This document shows positions 25,316 through 37,060 of a stretch of 64,000 nucleotides of DNA, one piece after another. Source of the stretch: Stegostoma tigrinum. Its lineage: Eukaryota. Below the pieces are notes generated by a model that did no database searches, was not told where the DNA came from, and was given only the letters and a program-made list of their open reading frames with translations. Made by a program: the position numbers and the translations under genes. The DNA is taken from contig NC_081380.1 of the NCBI RefSeq assembly GCF_030684315.1, positions 44,294,771 through 44,358,770 on the forward strand, written 5' to 3'. How positions within the stretch are numbered: position 1 is the first letter of the stretch; every line of letters begins with the position of its first letter.

Positions 25316-26571
25316 GACTGTAAAGGTCAACTAGACCGTCAATAAAATATTCAATAAAGCACTCTGATATCATGGATCTAATACTTCCCAAAAAGGCTGC
25401 ATTCCCTAATTTCTGTCCACACAGTTTAAACGGCATCTGCTGATGCGTTCAAAGCTTGCACAACCAACGCTTTACAATTTAAGTTGCTATTGTGATGACA
25501 TTTTTCTCAAAACCATCTTTGTACAAGAGATAAAACAAATACCTTCACCCACTGCCCAAACAATTTTAAAAATTATATTTGTTATCCAGGTGTATTTCAG
25601 AAATAAGAAGTCTTGATTGCTTTCTACCATTTTTTTAAAAAAACAAAAATACTATAATTGCTACCCGAATTTATCACAATGACAGACAGACCCACCTCAG
25701 GTGACAGCTGTGCCATAAGTTGAGATCATGACACTGACTCCAAATCATGCGAACTTGACAGTTCAAACATGGGCGAAAACGCTCTTGCTAAAACCTAATG
25801 CCCCACTGTTCTCAGCTGCTTGGTCAGTTCTCCTTCATGTTGAATACCGACTGGAAGAAGTACTGAAGGTGAGCGATAGGAAACTTCAATGTCTGTCACC
25901 AAGAGTGGCTCAGTAGCAACCCTACTGGCTGAGCTAGCTGAGTTCTAAGGACATTATCTTAAAATCAACCCGTTCAGGGATATTATGACACATGTCTGGA
26001 GCAGATGGGATTTGAACCCAGGTCTCCTAGCTCAGAGAGGTCGGGATACCACCATTGTGCCCAAGAAATCAGAGTCCTAAGGATATAGGTATGTGACTAG
26101 ATTCATAACAGTTGATGAGAGAAGCAACAAGAAGGAAAGCTTACAGGACCTTGTTGTCATTGATCTGTCACAGATGGGTCTGTCCACGACAGCATCACAA
26201 GGAGTGACCACAGCACAGAAAAGTCCCATATTCACATTCAGGCTGTCCACCGTTGACTTACGTGGTCTACCACTGTTAAATGGTACAGATCTAATAACTT
26301 AAAATTGGGCAATCACGAGGCAGTGCGGGCTAACAGCAACTGTGGAATTATTTTCAACCATAATCCATAGCTTTATGACTCATTATATCTCCACTTTGGC
26401 AATACCATCAAACTGAGGCAGCAACACCAGTTCACTGAAGAGTGCAGAAGGGCTAGCCAGAAACAGAAACAGGCACATTTAAAAAGTCTCAACCTAGTGA
26501 AGTGATATCACAGAACTATTTGAATGCCAAACAGAAGTAGCATTTGACAGATACGAATTCGACCTTAAGAG

Positions 26572-27612
26572 GGTAAGACACAGGAACAGAATTAGGCCAT
26601 TCGGCCCAGTGGGTCTGCTCCACCATTCCATCATGACCGATATGTTCTGCAACCCCATTTTCCTGTCTTCTCCCCGTAATCCTTGATCCCCTTGCCAAAC
26701 AAGAACCTATCTATCTCTGTCTTAAATACACTCAATTACTTTGACTCCACAACCCTCTGTGACAAAGACTTCCACAGAGTCACCACTCTCTGGCTGACGC
26801 AATTCCCCTTCATCTCTGTTCCAAAGGATTGTTCCTTCACGCTGTGGCTGTGCACTGGGTCTGGTCTCTCCTACTTGTGGAAAAACCTACTCCACATCCA
26901 CCCTATCCGGATCTCTCAGTATCCTGAAAGTTTCAGTCAAATCCTCCCTCATCTTTCTAAAATCCATCAAGTACAGTCCCAGAGCCCTCAACTACCCCTC
27001 ATATGACAAACCCTTCATCCCCAGGATCATTCTTATCAATCTCCTTGGGCCTCTTCCAACGTCAGCACTTCTCTCCTTCTATACATGGCCCAAAGCTGCT
27101 CACAATATTCCAACTGCAGTCTGACCAAAGCCTTATATAGCCTCAGCAGTACATCTTGTAACCTACCCATTTTGAAATGAATATTAGCATTGCATTTGCC
27201 TTCGTAACCACCAAATGAGCCTGCATCTTAACCCTAAGAGAATCCTGTACGAGGACTAATTTCTGAAGCCTTTCCCCATTTAGAAAATAGTCTATGCCTC
27301 CATTTTTCCTACCAAAGTGCATAACCTCACACTTTCCTGCATTGTCTTCAATCTGCAACGTTTTTGCCCCCTCTCCTAACCTGCCTAAGGCCTTCTGCAG
27401 CCTTCCTACTTCCTCAACAACTACCTGCCCCTCCACCTGTCATTGTGTCATCGGCAAACTTGGAAACAATGTCCTTAGTCCCTTCGTCCAGCTGCCATTC
27501 TAAAAATTACCCCATTATCCCTACTCTCTGCCTTCTGTCAGTCAGTCAACCAGCCAATCTTCTATCCATGCCAGTATCTTGGCCTTAACACCATGGTGTC
27601 TTCTCTTATTTA
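26572..27612 (-). mobile_element. CR1 3' portion
   Basis: 3' UTR aggccattcggccc..; GRLQKALGRLGE..GKCEVMHFGRKN; same family as 12585-16395. Confidence 0.85.
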
Positions 27613-27684
27613 ATGATAACACAATCTACAGATCAGATTTTAGCTCTGTAGTCCTGTCAAATCCAGTATTAATGGTGGCATACA

Positions 27685-28122
27685 ATTGAACAATTATTTA
27701 AACGGACAAAAACTGCAGAAAGCTATAACACAAAGGAACATTTGGTTATTTGTGCAGCAGGTAATTAGGAAAGGTAATGGAATGCTGGCCCTTATTTTAA
27801 GGCAATTTGAGCATAAATGTACGGATGTGTTACTTGCAACTGTACAAGATGCTGGTGAGACCGTATCTGATTGCTGTGAGCAGTTTTAGTTTATTAAAGA
27901 AAGCTATAATTTCACTGGAGGCATTTCAGAGAAGGTTCACCAGGATGATTCCTGGTATGGAGAGGTTACCTTCTGAACAAAGGTATCCTTGATCAGTAGG
28001 GGAATCAGGGTTCTGGGGAAAGGGCAGGAAAATGGAATGAAGCGTGTTGAATCAGCCTAATAAATGGTGGAGCAGGCTTGAGGAGCCACACAGCCTACTT
28101 CTGTTACTATTTCTTAACGCCT
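27685..28122 (+). mobile_element. CR1 3' fragment
   Basis: LQLYKMLVRPYL..QRRFTRMIPGME plus 3' UTR. Confidence 0.75.
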
Positions 28123-28239
28123 TAACAACAAACAGAAGGAGGGGGTTTCACAAAAGTACTCCTCCTAAATGACAGGAGCTAAGCATATTTGTGCAAAAGA
28201 CAAGTCTGAAGCTTTATTTCATAAGAATTGCTGTGGATC

Positions 28240-28648
28240 ATCCATCTTGGCACTCTCGACAGGTCTTCAGCACCTCAACCACCTTCAGCATCAATGTACA
28301 GTGGTATTAGTACTTACCATTTACAAGATGCACTGTAGAACTCACCAAGGCTTTTTGGACAGCATTGTAGCAATTCAGTTTTACCAACTAGAAGTCCAAG
28401 GGCAGCAGATACATGGCAGCCCCAACCCCTGAAAGTTCACCTCCTAGCTGCAAGTTATCTTGACTTGGAAATATATCACTGTTCCTTTGTTGTCACTGAG
28501 TCAAAATCCTGTGACTTCCTCCTCATATGCACTGCGAGTGCCCTACACCACATGAACCACAAAGGTTCAAATAAACAGCTCAGTTCCACAATTTCAAGGA
28601 CAATTACAGATGGCAATAAATGGTGCCCTAGCTAGCGATGCACACATA
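28240..28648 (+). mobile_element. 3' end of the second LINE family
   Basis: HLQHQCTVVLVLTIYKMHC and tail ggcaataaatggtgccctagctagcgatgc, homologous to 10100-10470. Confidence 0.7.
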
Positions 28649-28649
28649 C

Positions 28650-31294
28650 TCCATCCACAACCTCCACAGCCAGCAACCCCAGAGAAGACAGCCACATTGA
28701 GCCCTGCTGAATTTACACCATTCCCCGAGACCTCCCCCGACGGAAGACGAGCGGTCAGTCCTCAGCAAGGGGCTCACCTTTGACACCTTCCACCCTCCCC
28801 TCACGCATCAACAATTACCAGTCACGTCTGGACATTGAGCAGTTTTCCCGCCGCCTCCACCTCCACGCTTACTTCTCTAACCGGGAGCCTAACCCTCCCT
28901 CCACTGACCCCTTCACCCACCTCCAACACAAGTCCACCTCCTGGACACCACCCCCCGGGTCTCCTACCCTCCCTCGACCTCTTCAACTCCAACTGCTGTC
29001 GAGACATCAACTGCCTCAATCTCTCTACCCCTCTCACCCACTCCAACCTCTCCCCTGCAGAACGAGCAGCCCTCTGCTCCAATCCCAACCTCACCATCAA
29101 ACCCACAGACGAAGGAGGCGCAGTTGTAGGATGGCGCACTGACCTTTACATTGCTGAGGCTGGACGCCAACTTTCTGACACCACCTCTTACCGCCCCCTT
29201 GATCATGAACCTACCCCCGAGCACCAAACCATCATCTCCCAAACCATCCATGACCTCATCATCTCAGGTGACCTCCCATCCACAGCCTCCAACCTCATTG
29301 TTCCCCAACCCCGCACGGCCCGTTTCCATCTCCTTCCCAAAATCCACAAACCCGCCTGTCCTGGTCGACCTATTGTCTCAACCTGCTCCTGCCCCACTGA
29401 ACTCATCTCCACCTATCTGGACTCCATTTTCTCCCCCTTGGTCCAGGAACTCCTTACCTACATCTGTGACACCACCCACGCCCTCCACCTCCTCCAGAAC
29501 TTCCAATTCCCTGGTCCCCAACACCTCATTTTCACCTTGGACGTCCAGTCCCTATAGACCTGCATTCCCCATGCAGATGGCCTACAGGCCCTCTGCTTCT
29601 TCCTGTCCCGCAGACCTGACCAGTCCCCCTCCACCGACAACCTCATCCGCCGAGCCAAACTCGTCCTCACCCTCAACAACTTCTCTTTCGATTCATCCCA
29701 CTTCCTACAGACAAAGGGGGTGGCCATGGGTACCCGCATGGGCCCAAGCTATGCCTGCCTCTTTGTAGGTTACGTGGAACAGTCCCTCTTTCGCACCTAC
29801 ACTGGCCCTAAACCCCAACTCTGCCTCCGTTACATTACTGTATCGGCGCCACCTCATGCTCCCAAGAGGAGCTCAAACTGTTCATCCATTTCACCAACAC
29901 CCTCCACCCCAACCTTCAGTTCACCTGGACCATCTCCAATACATCCCTCACCTTCCTGGACCTCTCAGTCTCCATCTCGGGCAACCACCTACAAACCAAT
30001 GTCCATTTCAAGCCCACCGACTCTCACAGCTACCTGGAATACACCTTCTCCCACCCACATTCCTGCAAAAATTCCATCCCCTATTCCCAATTCCTTCGCC
30101 TCCACCGCATCTGCTCCCAGGATGAGGAATTCCACTCCTGTACATCCCAGATGTCCACGTTCTTCAAAGACCACAACTTTCCCACCGTAGTGGTCGAGAA
30201 CGCACTCAACCGTGTCTCCCGCATTTCCCGCACCTCATCCTTCACATCCCACCATAACCGCCAAAAGAGAATCCCCCTCATCCTCACATGCCACCCCACC
30301 AACCTCTGGATCAACGCATCATCCTCCGACACTTCCGCCATCTACAATCCGACCCCACAACTAAAGACATTTTTCCAACCCCACCCTTGTCTGCCTTCCA
30401 GAGAGACCACTCTCTCCGCGACTCCCTTGTCCGCTCCACACTCCCCTCCAACCCCACCACACTCGGCACTTTCCCCTGCAACCGCAGGAAGTGCTACACC
30501 TGCCCCCACACCTCCTCCCTCACCCCCATCCCAGGCCCCAAGATGACTTTCCACATCAAGCAGATGTTCACCTGCACATCCGCCAATGTGGTATACTGCA
30601 TCCGCTGTACCCGGTGTGGCTTCTTCTACATTGGGGAGACCAAGTGGAAGCTTGGGGACCGCTTTGCAGAACACCTATGCTCGGTTCACAATAAACAACT
30701 GCACCTCCCAGTCGCGAACCATTTCAACACCCTCTGCCAGTCCTGAGATGACATGTCCATCCTGGGCCTCCTGCAGTGCCATAATTATGCCATCCGTAGG
30801 TTGGAGGAACAGCAACTCATATTCTGCTTAGGAACCCTGCAGCCGAATGGTATTACTGTGGATTTCACCAGCTTCAAAATCTCCCCTCCCCGAATGCATC
30901 CCAAAACCAGCCCAGCTCGTCCCCGCCTCCCTAACCTGTTCTTCCTCTCACCTATCCCCTCCTCCTGCCTCAAGCCGCACCTCCATTTCCTACCTACTAA
31001 CCTCATCCCGCCCCCTTGACTTGTCCGTCCTCCCCGGACTGGCCTATTCCCTCCCTACCTCCCCACCCATAGTCTCCTCTCCTCCTATCTTCTCCTCTAT
31101 CCATCTTCAGTCCGCGCCCCCCACCTTTCCCTATTTATTTCAGAATCCTCTCCCCATCCCCCTTTTCTGACGAAGGGTCTAGGCCCGAAACGTCAGCTTT
31201 TGTGCTCCTAAGATGCTGCTTGGCCTGTTGTGTTCATCCAGCTCCACACTTTGTTATCTTGGATTCTCCAGCATCTGCAGTTCCCATTATCTCT
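28650..31294 (+). mobile_element. Near full-length Penelope-like retroelement (Neptune-type), RT + GIY-YIG, inactivated
   Basis: TIKPTDEGGAVV, LLPKIHKP..GRPIVS, FTLDVQSL*, QTKGVAMGTRMGPSYACLF, linker CNRRKCYTC, NVVYCIRC..YIGET..RFAEH; stops and frameshifts; catalytic DD missing after LRYI (~29836); 3' pLTR with hammerhead motif. Confidence 0.95.
31163..31199 (+). ncRNA. Minimal type I hammerhead ribozyme motif in the Penelope pLTR
   Basis: CTGACGA-A-GGGT(CTAG)GCCC-GAAA-CGTC at 31167-31194; palindromic ACGT helix III; helix I very short. Confidence 0.7.
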
Positions 31295-33674
31295 AAAAAT
31301 GAACAATTGTTTGCTTTACTACTGTCAGTTATGATTAAAACTTGACACCCCTGTTGATTTTGCAACCTGGCAATACAATCCAGGTTTAACTAAGAGCAAC
31401 TTCACCGCTTGATCTCACTGTTTTGCAGATATATGAAGACCATTGGAGATTTGTCAAGAACAACCTCTTCCTGGAATGAGTTTGGCCGGACCCAAATCAA
31501 TCTCAAACAGGCTCACAGCATAAAAACTCCAATGCAGGTCTGGCAGCTGCAGCCAGTATAAATTTACTCTTCATTAAAAAGTCTTGACAGAAGAGCCCTT
31601 TCTCTCCAACTGCAGGAAACAGCTTGCACTTCTTTTACCTACCTTCTCCTGGTGATAGGGCTACAAATCTCTTAAGATTTAAGGGTGTCCAGTTGGCTCT
31701 CCAGCTATGTAAGTTCCTTCACCATTCTTAACTGGATAACAAACACTCATTCACTGCTGATTGCCTGTTTATTAAAAGAAAAAAACAACTGGCACCACAA
31801 TTCTCTGACAACCTGGTGGACTCTGGCAACCAAGCCTGAGGTTGCCACCTCAGCCAAAGCAGTCTCCGTGGTTCAGAGGCATAGCTAACACTGTTGCAAG
31901 AACATCAGTTCTTTCCCTTCTCCACCACCAGAGTAACTTTTCTGCTGTGGCATATTCATTTGATCTCAGCTCCTGCACCTACCTCCTATCAAGGCTCATG
32001 TTCTGCTGCTCTCAATATTGCCTGTAACATCTTCTCTCACTTGCTGCCTTTCTCCCCCCAGTCTTCTAGGCCACAAATCCTGCATGACCTCTGCATTGCT
32101 TAATCACTTGTCTCAGATACCTTTCAACCTCCCTGCACAAGCAATAACAGCTGTGTCACCCACCTTCATCTCACTCAATCCTGGCCTTTCTCTCATTCCA
32201 GGAGAAGACATTCCACAATGCTGTAAATGAACCGGTCAGCAATGTCTGAGGCAGAGAGATGTGCAGCACGCAGGGAACCAATACAGTAAGGCATCAGCAG
32301 CCCACAGGTTGTGTCCTGTACAGCATGGGTCTGTTGTAATGTTCTTGCCCTCTAAAAGACTTGTGGCCTCCCCTCTGAACATCCAGACACTTACCCACTC
32401 ATTCTGGGTGTGGTCAGAGTTATTTTGTTTCACAGTGAGCAGTTTCAACTTCTAGCATGATGAAAGGTAACAATGAATGAAGCAATAATCCACCTTAAAG
32501 GATAACTTGTCACTCTGCATTGAGAAACTTGCCTCAACATCCAGAATGTAGTTAAAGGATGCAACAAGTTGCTCCCTATGTTGAGATAGGCCTCATCAGA
32601 CTTATAGCCTGATTCTGCCACATATGGCTCGTTTAAAATTCCACCCATAGTTTCTGGCAGAAGTCATTCTGGAAAATAATACGCAGAGACATAGGCTTTG
32701 TACCGTAAAATTATTGAGCCATTTGTGGGAATCCAACTCACATTGCTCTGAATTCTTTATTAAACTATTTGTTAACTTCTCACCTCTTTTGGCATCAGTT
32801 CCCAACCAAAAGCAGTTGCAACTACCAGGTAGTTGGAATCCAGCCAATTCAACATCATCATTACTCGTCATCAGAAGTGAGGTTGACTCTGAATAAAGCC
32901 GATTTTGCTGCTGAATTAATCTACAAGTAACCTAACATTGAATTGTTCAAATTGAGTTCAACATGCCAGAGCATCTGTAAACTTCATCACTGACTCAAAC
33001 CAAATTATCTTGGTAAGTTTTTGTCAATAATCCTTCTAAACTTTTCTTAATTGTGTGCCATCCTTTTAGATTCCTACGCAGTTGTGATGGCGCACCTTAG
33101 AAGAAACATGTTTTTTTGGTGAACTGTTTTTTGAACTTGTTAAAGGCCCAGATAACTGAATTAGTGATAGGCAATGGTCTCTATGAGGGCACGATACAGG
33201 CTTATTCTCTGGTAATCTATCTGTCAACTCTCAACCCATCTGTAACCTCTCTAACTTCACTGTAATCCTTTTTGTCTCTCTGTTATCAATATGAAAATGT
33301 TTAACTATTTCCTGTTATGTTCCTTTGAACTTTCTCTCAGTCCTGTACAGCTGCAAATATATCACCTACATTATGTTGCTCCCTTTCTATTGTCATCGCA
33401 TTGCTATTTTACATTTGTGCCCTCCCAGTGCCTCCTACCCCAAAGCTTTCCTTCCTAAAATTCCAAAGCTATTGCTCTCTTCCTTTCTCACCTGTAATCT
33501 GCAGACTCAAGCTTGGCATTATGCAATCATTATTTCATAATTTATATCCACAACCTTTGTAGAATTCTGCTTAATGAATTTTAGCCCTTCACCTAAGGAT
33601 TTTCAATTAAAAAGTAACACAAGCTCATGAACAGGAGCTAATTTGCTAATATCTCAACCCATTACTTTATTGAA

Positions 33675-33875
33675 GACACAAAAGCAAAATTCCACAAATG
33701 CTGATGGAAATATTACATAAAAACTAAATAAAAGTGTTATCAACATACAGCAGATCTGGCAACATCTGAGGGAAAAGAAACAGAATTAACAATTTAAAAC
33801 TGTGATCCTTTTATCAATACCTTGACTTCTCACACTGCTTGACCTGCTGAGTATTTCCAACATTTTCTGTTTTAA
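33675..33875. mobile_element. Old fold-back Penelope pLTR remnant (family B)
   Basis: Inverted arm aaaagcaaaa..cagcagatctggcaacatctg..aacagaattaaca, then forward arm ctgcttgacctgctgagtatttccaacattttctgttt. Confidence 0.5.
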
Positions 33876-34340
33876 CTACTTTTATTGATGATTCCAAAAC
33901 AGACATCAACTTCCTCAAGATCACAAGTCCTTTTACAGGACAAGAGCTGAATTACTATAGCTCAATTGCTGTTTAATGGTCAATGAACATCTTGTTTCTT
34001 CCCATTTTGTGAAGTTGCAGCTTCTGTATGACTGCAAGTTGATCAAATAGCTCTCATCTTACAAAGTTTCGTCCTTTGCCCATGTATTGATCATTATGGT
34101 CTTTCTATCTCCAGTGGACTCAAACAGAACTTCCATATAGCTTCTTTGACTCAAAGTAACTGCAAGGAAACTTGGTTTCTGCTTTCAGCCAAAATGGCCT
34201 TTCCCCTTGATAATAATTAACTCTCCCTGAAGCTGATATCCAAACATCTACAAATTGATTTCTTTCCAAAACTGCCACAGTGTTCAGGGAGACTCTTTGA
34301 ACACCTCTCACTTCTTCACACCACCAACACAATACTCAAT

Positions 34341-34560
34341 ATAATAAAATGTGAGGCTGGGTGAACACAGCAGGCCAAGCAGCATCTCAGGAGCACAAAA
34401 GCTGACGTTTCGGGCCTAGACCCTTCATCTGATGAAGGGTCTAGGCCCGAAACGTCAGCTTTTGTGCTCCTGAGATGCTGCTTGGCCTGCTGTGTTCACC
34501 CAGCCTCACATTTTATTATCTTGGAATTCTCCAGCATCTGCAGTTCCCATTATCTCCTCT
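34341..34560. mobile_element. Perfect palindromic Penelope pLTR mini element (family A)
   Basis: 89-bp identical inverted arms 34341-34429 / 34431-34519, 1-nt spacer, ~40-nt tail; hammerhead motif 34429-34456; TSD acaatactcaatat 34329-34342 / 34561-34574. Confidence 0.95.
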
Positions 34561-35264
34561 ACAATACTCAATATGTATGGTTTGTTAGTGTTGAGGATTG
34601 CACACTGGAAAGAAAGAAGTAAACTCCACAGTCCTATGTAAATTTAAATTGATAAGCCCACAGGCAAAGAACATGCCTCTATGGAAATTCTGTTTAACAC
34701 AGCAGTAGAGATTGTCTCTTGTTGAGTTACCACCCCATGTGACTCAGCTGTTACTGAACTGTACTTTTAGCCCATTAGGAATCAGTATTCGGAGCATAAA
34801 AATCGAGTGTCATTCTTTATAATATTTCTGCATGATCTATTCAGCACCAGGCAACAATACTGCCTCAGTCTTTCCACAGAATGATCTGCTTGTTTCTTGG
34901 TCCTGGCTGTAACAAATAGTTACAGAGCCCATATTAACAGCTTTTGATTTCTACAAAAAAATTCCTCAATGAGACCAGTTTCTTACATTTTTTTCACACC
35001 CACACACCTCAGTACTATTTCATTTTTGTGACCTAGAATTAATCGTGGCCACAATACCCAACATCTTTGTGTCTTGCACTGAATTGGCTGATTTAATGGT
35101 ACATTATTGAAAAGATTTTATATTCACATACATGGAAAAAGATTTTATACTAAAACACTGTACAGACAGCAATCACAGCAGGCTACTTGGGTGCTTACTA
35201 GATTATGCAGGGAACCATCAGTTTCAAAATAGAACAGCAGAGAGATGAAGAGCTGTAGAATACT

Positions 35265-35420
35265 GATTCAGTACAGTGAGGCATAGTGTCAATACTGTAG
35301 CAGTGAGGCACAGTGTTGACACCATGCAGAACGCAGAGTGTCGAGACAGTGCCAGGGCCACAGTGTATTGAGACAGCACCAGGAAGGCAAAGTGTTGATA
35401 CAGTAGTGGGGAGTCAGAAC
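35265..35420. repeat. Degenerate ~26-bp minisatellite, about 5-6 units
   Basis: Recurring cagtgaggcayagtgtyrayac-like units. Confidence 0.55.
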
Positions 35421-35824
35421 ACCTGGTTTCAACCAAGGCTTTGCTAGAAGGATGTAACTGGCCTTTGTGGTGTACTTGTTTTGGAGTTATTAAGTAGATA
35501 TTATTAAATGATTTATTCAGATTATGGGTTTACAACTATAATCAAAGTTCAATTTTTTTGCATTTAAGGACAGTCTGTTAGATTAAAAGAGTAAACAATA
35601 CTTTTGTAATATAGCTGAATGTTACCATTTGAAACCTCTTATTATGACAAACCTTTTGGTTCCAGCAGGAAACCTATTAGTCATCAACATTGGAAACAAG
35701 AAATCTCACCTAAAGGTATTTTTATCTTGCCACTGACTAGAAGTTGGACTGAGAATCTCAGTGCCGATTATGCGTGTGCATTAAACAAGACTGAGTGTCC
35801 TGGCATTTCCTCTGTATTTAGTTA

Positions 35825-36050
35825 TAGTCATTATGGCACAATGGCCATTTGGCCTCGTGAATCCCTATCATCTCTCCAGTCAGTCCTTTTCTCCCATGTT
35901 ATGTCTAAACTCCTGCAAGCCTATTTGCCTTAAGTGATCATCTAGCATACTTTTGAAGTCATTAAGCATCACTGCTTCAACTACCCTTGCAGACATCAAG
36001 TTCCACGCAATTTCTACTTGCTGTAAAATAAAGCTATTCCTTATATTTTC
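35825..36050 (-). mobile_element. Old CR1 3' end
   Basis: AWNLMSARVVEAVMLNDFKSMLDDHL on the minus strand. Confidence 0.6.
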
Positions 36051-36317
36051 CCTAGCACAGGAACAAATTGAATGTTCCAGCAATGACTGTGAGAGAGAGG
36101 AGCAAAATTGGGATTTCAGAACTATCACTTAGGTTAAGACAGATTTGACAGCACAAATATATGAAGAAATACCGTCAACATAAAGGATGAATAAAATCTC
36201 CTCGTTTAAGATGTGCACCCAAAAATCAGAAGTATCTAGTAAAGTATCTCCTCAAGGAACCAGGTGAGAGTGGTTTCTCTATTTGCCCTTCCTCCACTGA
36301 GACGGTAGTTAACACTT

Positions 36318-37060
36318 ACTTTCATTCGAACACAAGTGATGCCCATGGCTGGCTAGGCCAACATTCATTGTTCATCTCTACTTATCCTGGAAAAGGTGGT
36401 GGTGATAACACAGTGTGAAGCTGGAGGAACACAGCAGGCCAGGCAGCATCAGAGGAGCAGGAAAACTGATGTTTCAGGTTGGGACCCTTCTTCAGAAAAA
36501 AATTCTTGAAGACGGGTCCTGACCTGAAATGTCCGCTTTCCTGCTCCTCTGATGCTGCCTGGAGTGCTGTGTTTCTCTAGCTCCACACTATGTTATCTCG
36601 GAATCCAGCATCAGCAGTTCTTACTATCTCAAAGGTGGCGATGAGTTGCTTTCTTGAACTGCTGCACTCCTTGGGGTATTGGTTCACACACAATTCTTTT
36701 AGGTAAGGAGTTCTAGGATTTTAACCCAGCAGCAGTGAAGGAAAGATGGTTCCAAGTCAGGATGATAACTGGCTTGCAGGAAAATGTTCCTATGTACCTG
36801 CTTCCCTTGGGCTTCTAGATGGTAGAGCTTGTCGTTTAGGAAAGTGTTCTTGAAGAAGCCTTGGTGTGTTATTGCAGTGCATCTTGGTGGTGGAACACAC
36901 TGCTACCACTGTGTGACAGAGATGAAGGGAGTAAATTTTGAACATGATGGATGTGGTGCCAGTTAAGCATCTACTTTGCCCTAGATGGTGTAAACCTTCT
37001 TGAGTAATGGAGTTGTACTCACCCAGGCATGTGGGGAATATTTTATCACATTTACCTCTT
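36318..37060 (-). mobile_element. 3' end of the second LINE family, interrupted at 36404-36630
   Basis: SLHLCHTVVAVCSTTKMHC on the minus strand; tail homologous to 10380-10470. Confidence 0.7.
36404..36630. mobile_element. Palindromic Penelope pLTR mini element (family A variant, older)
   Basis: Diverged inverted arms meeting at ttcagaaaaaaattcttgaa; TSD aaaggtggtggtga 36392-36405 / aaaggtggcgatga 36631-36644. Confidence 0.9.

Noticed and set aside
28835-30190. Telomerase or other domesticated RT gene
   Set aside because: Linked GIY-YIG and pLTR, stops and frameshifts, and missing catalytic DD indicate a dead Penelope-like element
28640-31310. TSD around the long Penelope element
   Set aside because: No matching flanking repeat found by eye
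34341-34519. Class II MITE with terminal inverted repeats
   Set aside because: Arms are retroelement pLTR sequence, the unit has a one-sided tail, and TSD length varies among copies
35265-35420. CRISPR-like repeat-spacer array
   Set aside because: Units are degenerate and contiguous with no unique spacers; eukaryotic context, no cas genes
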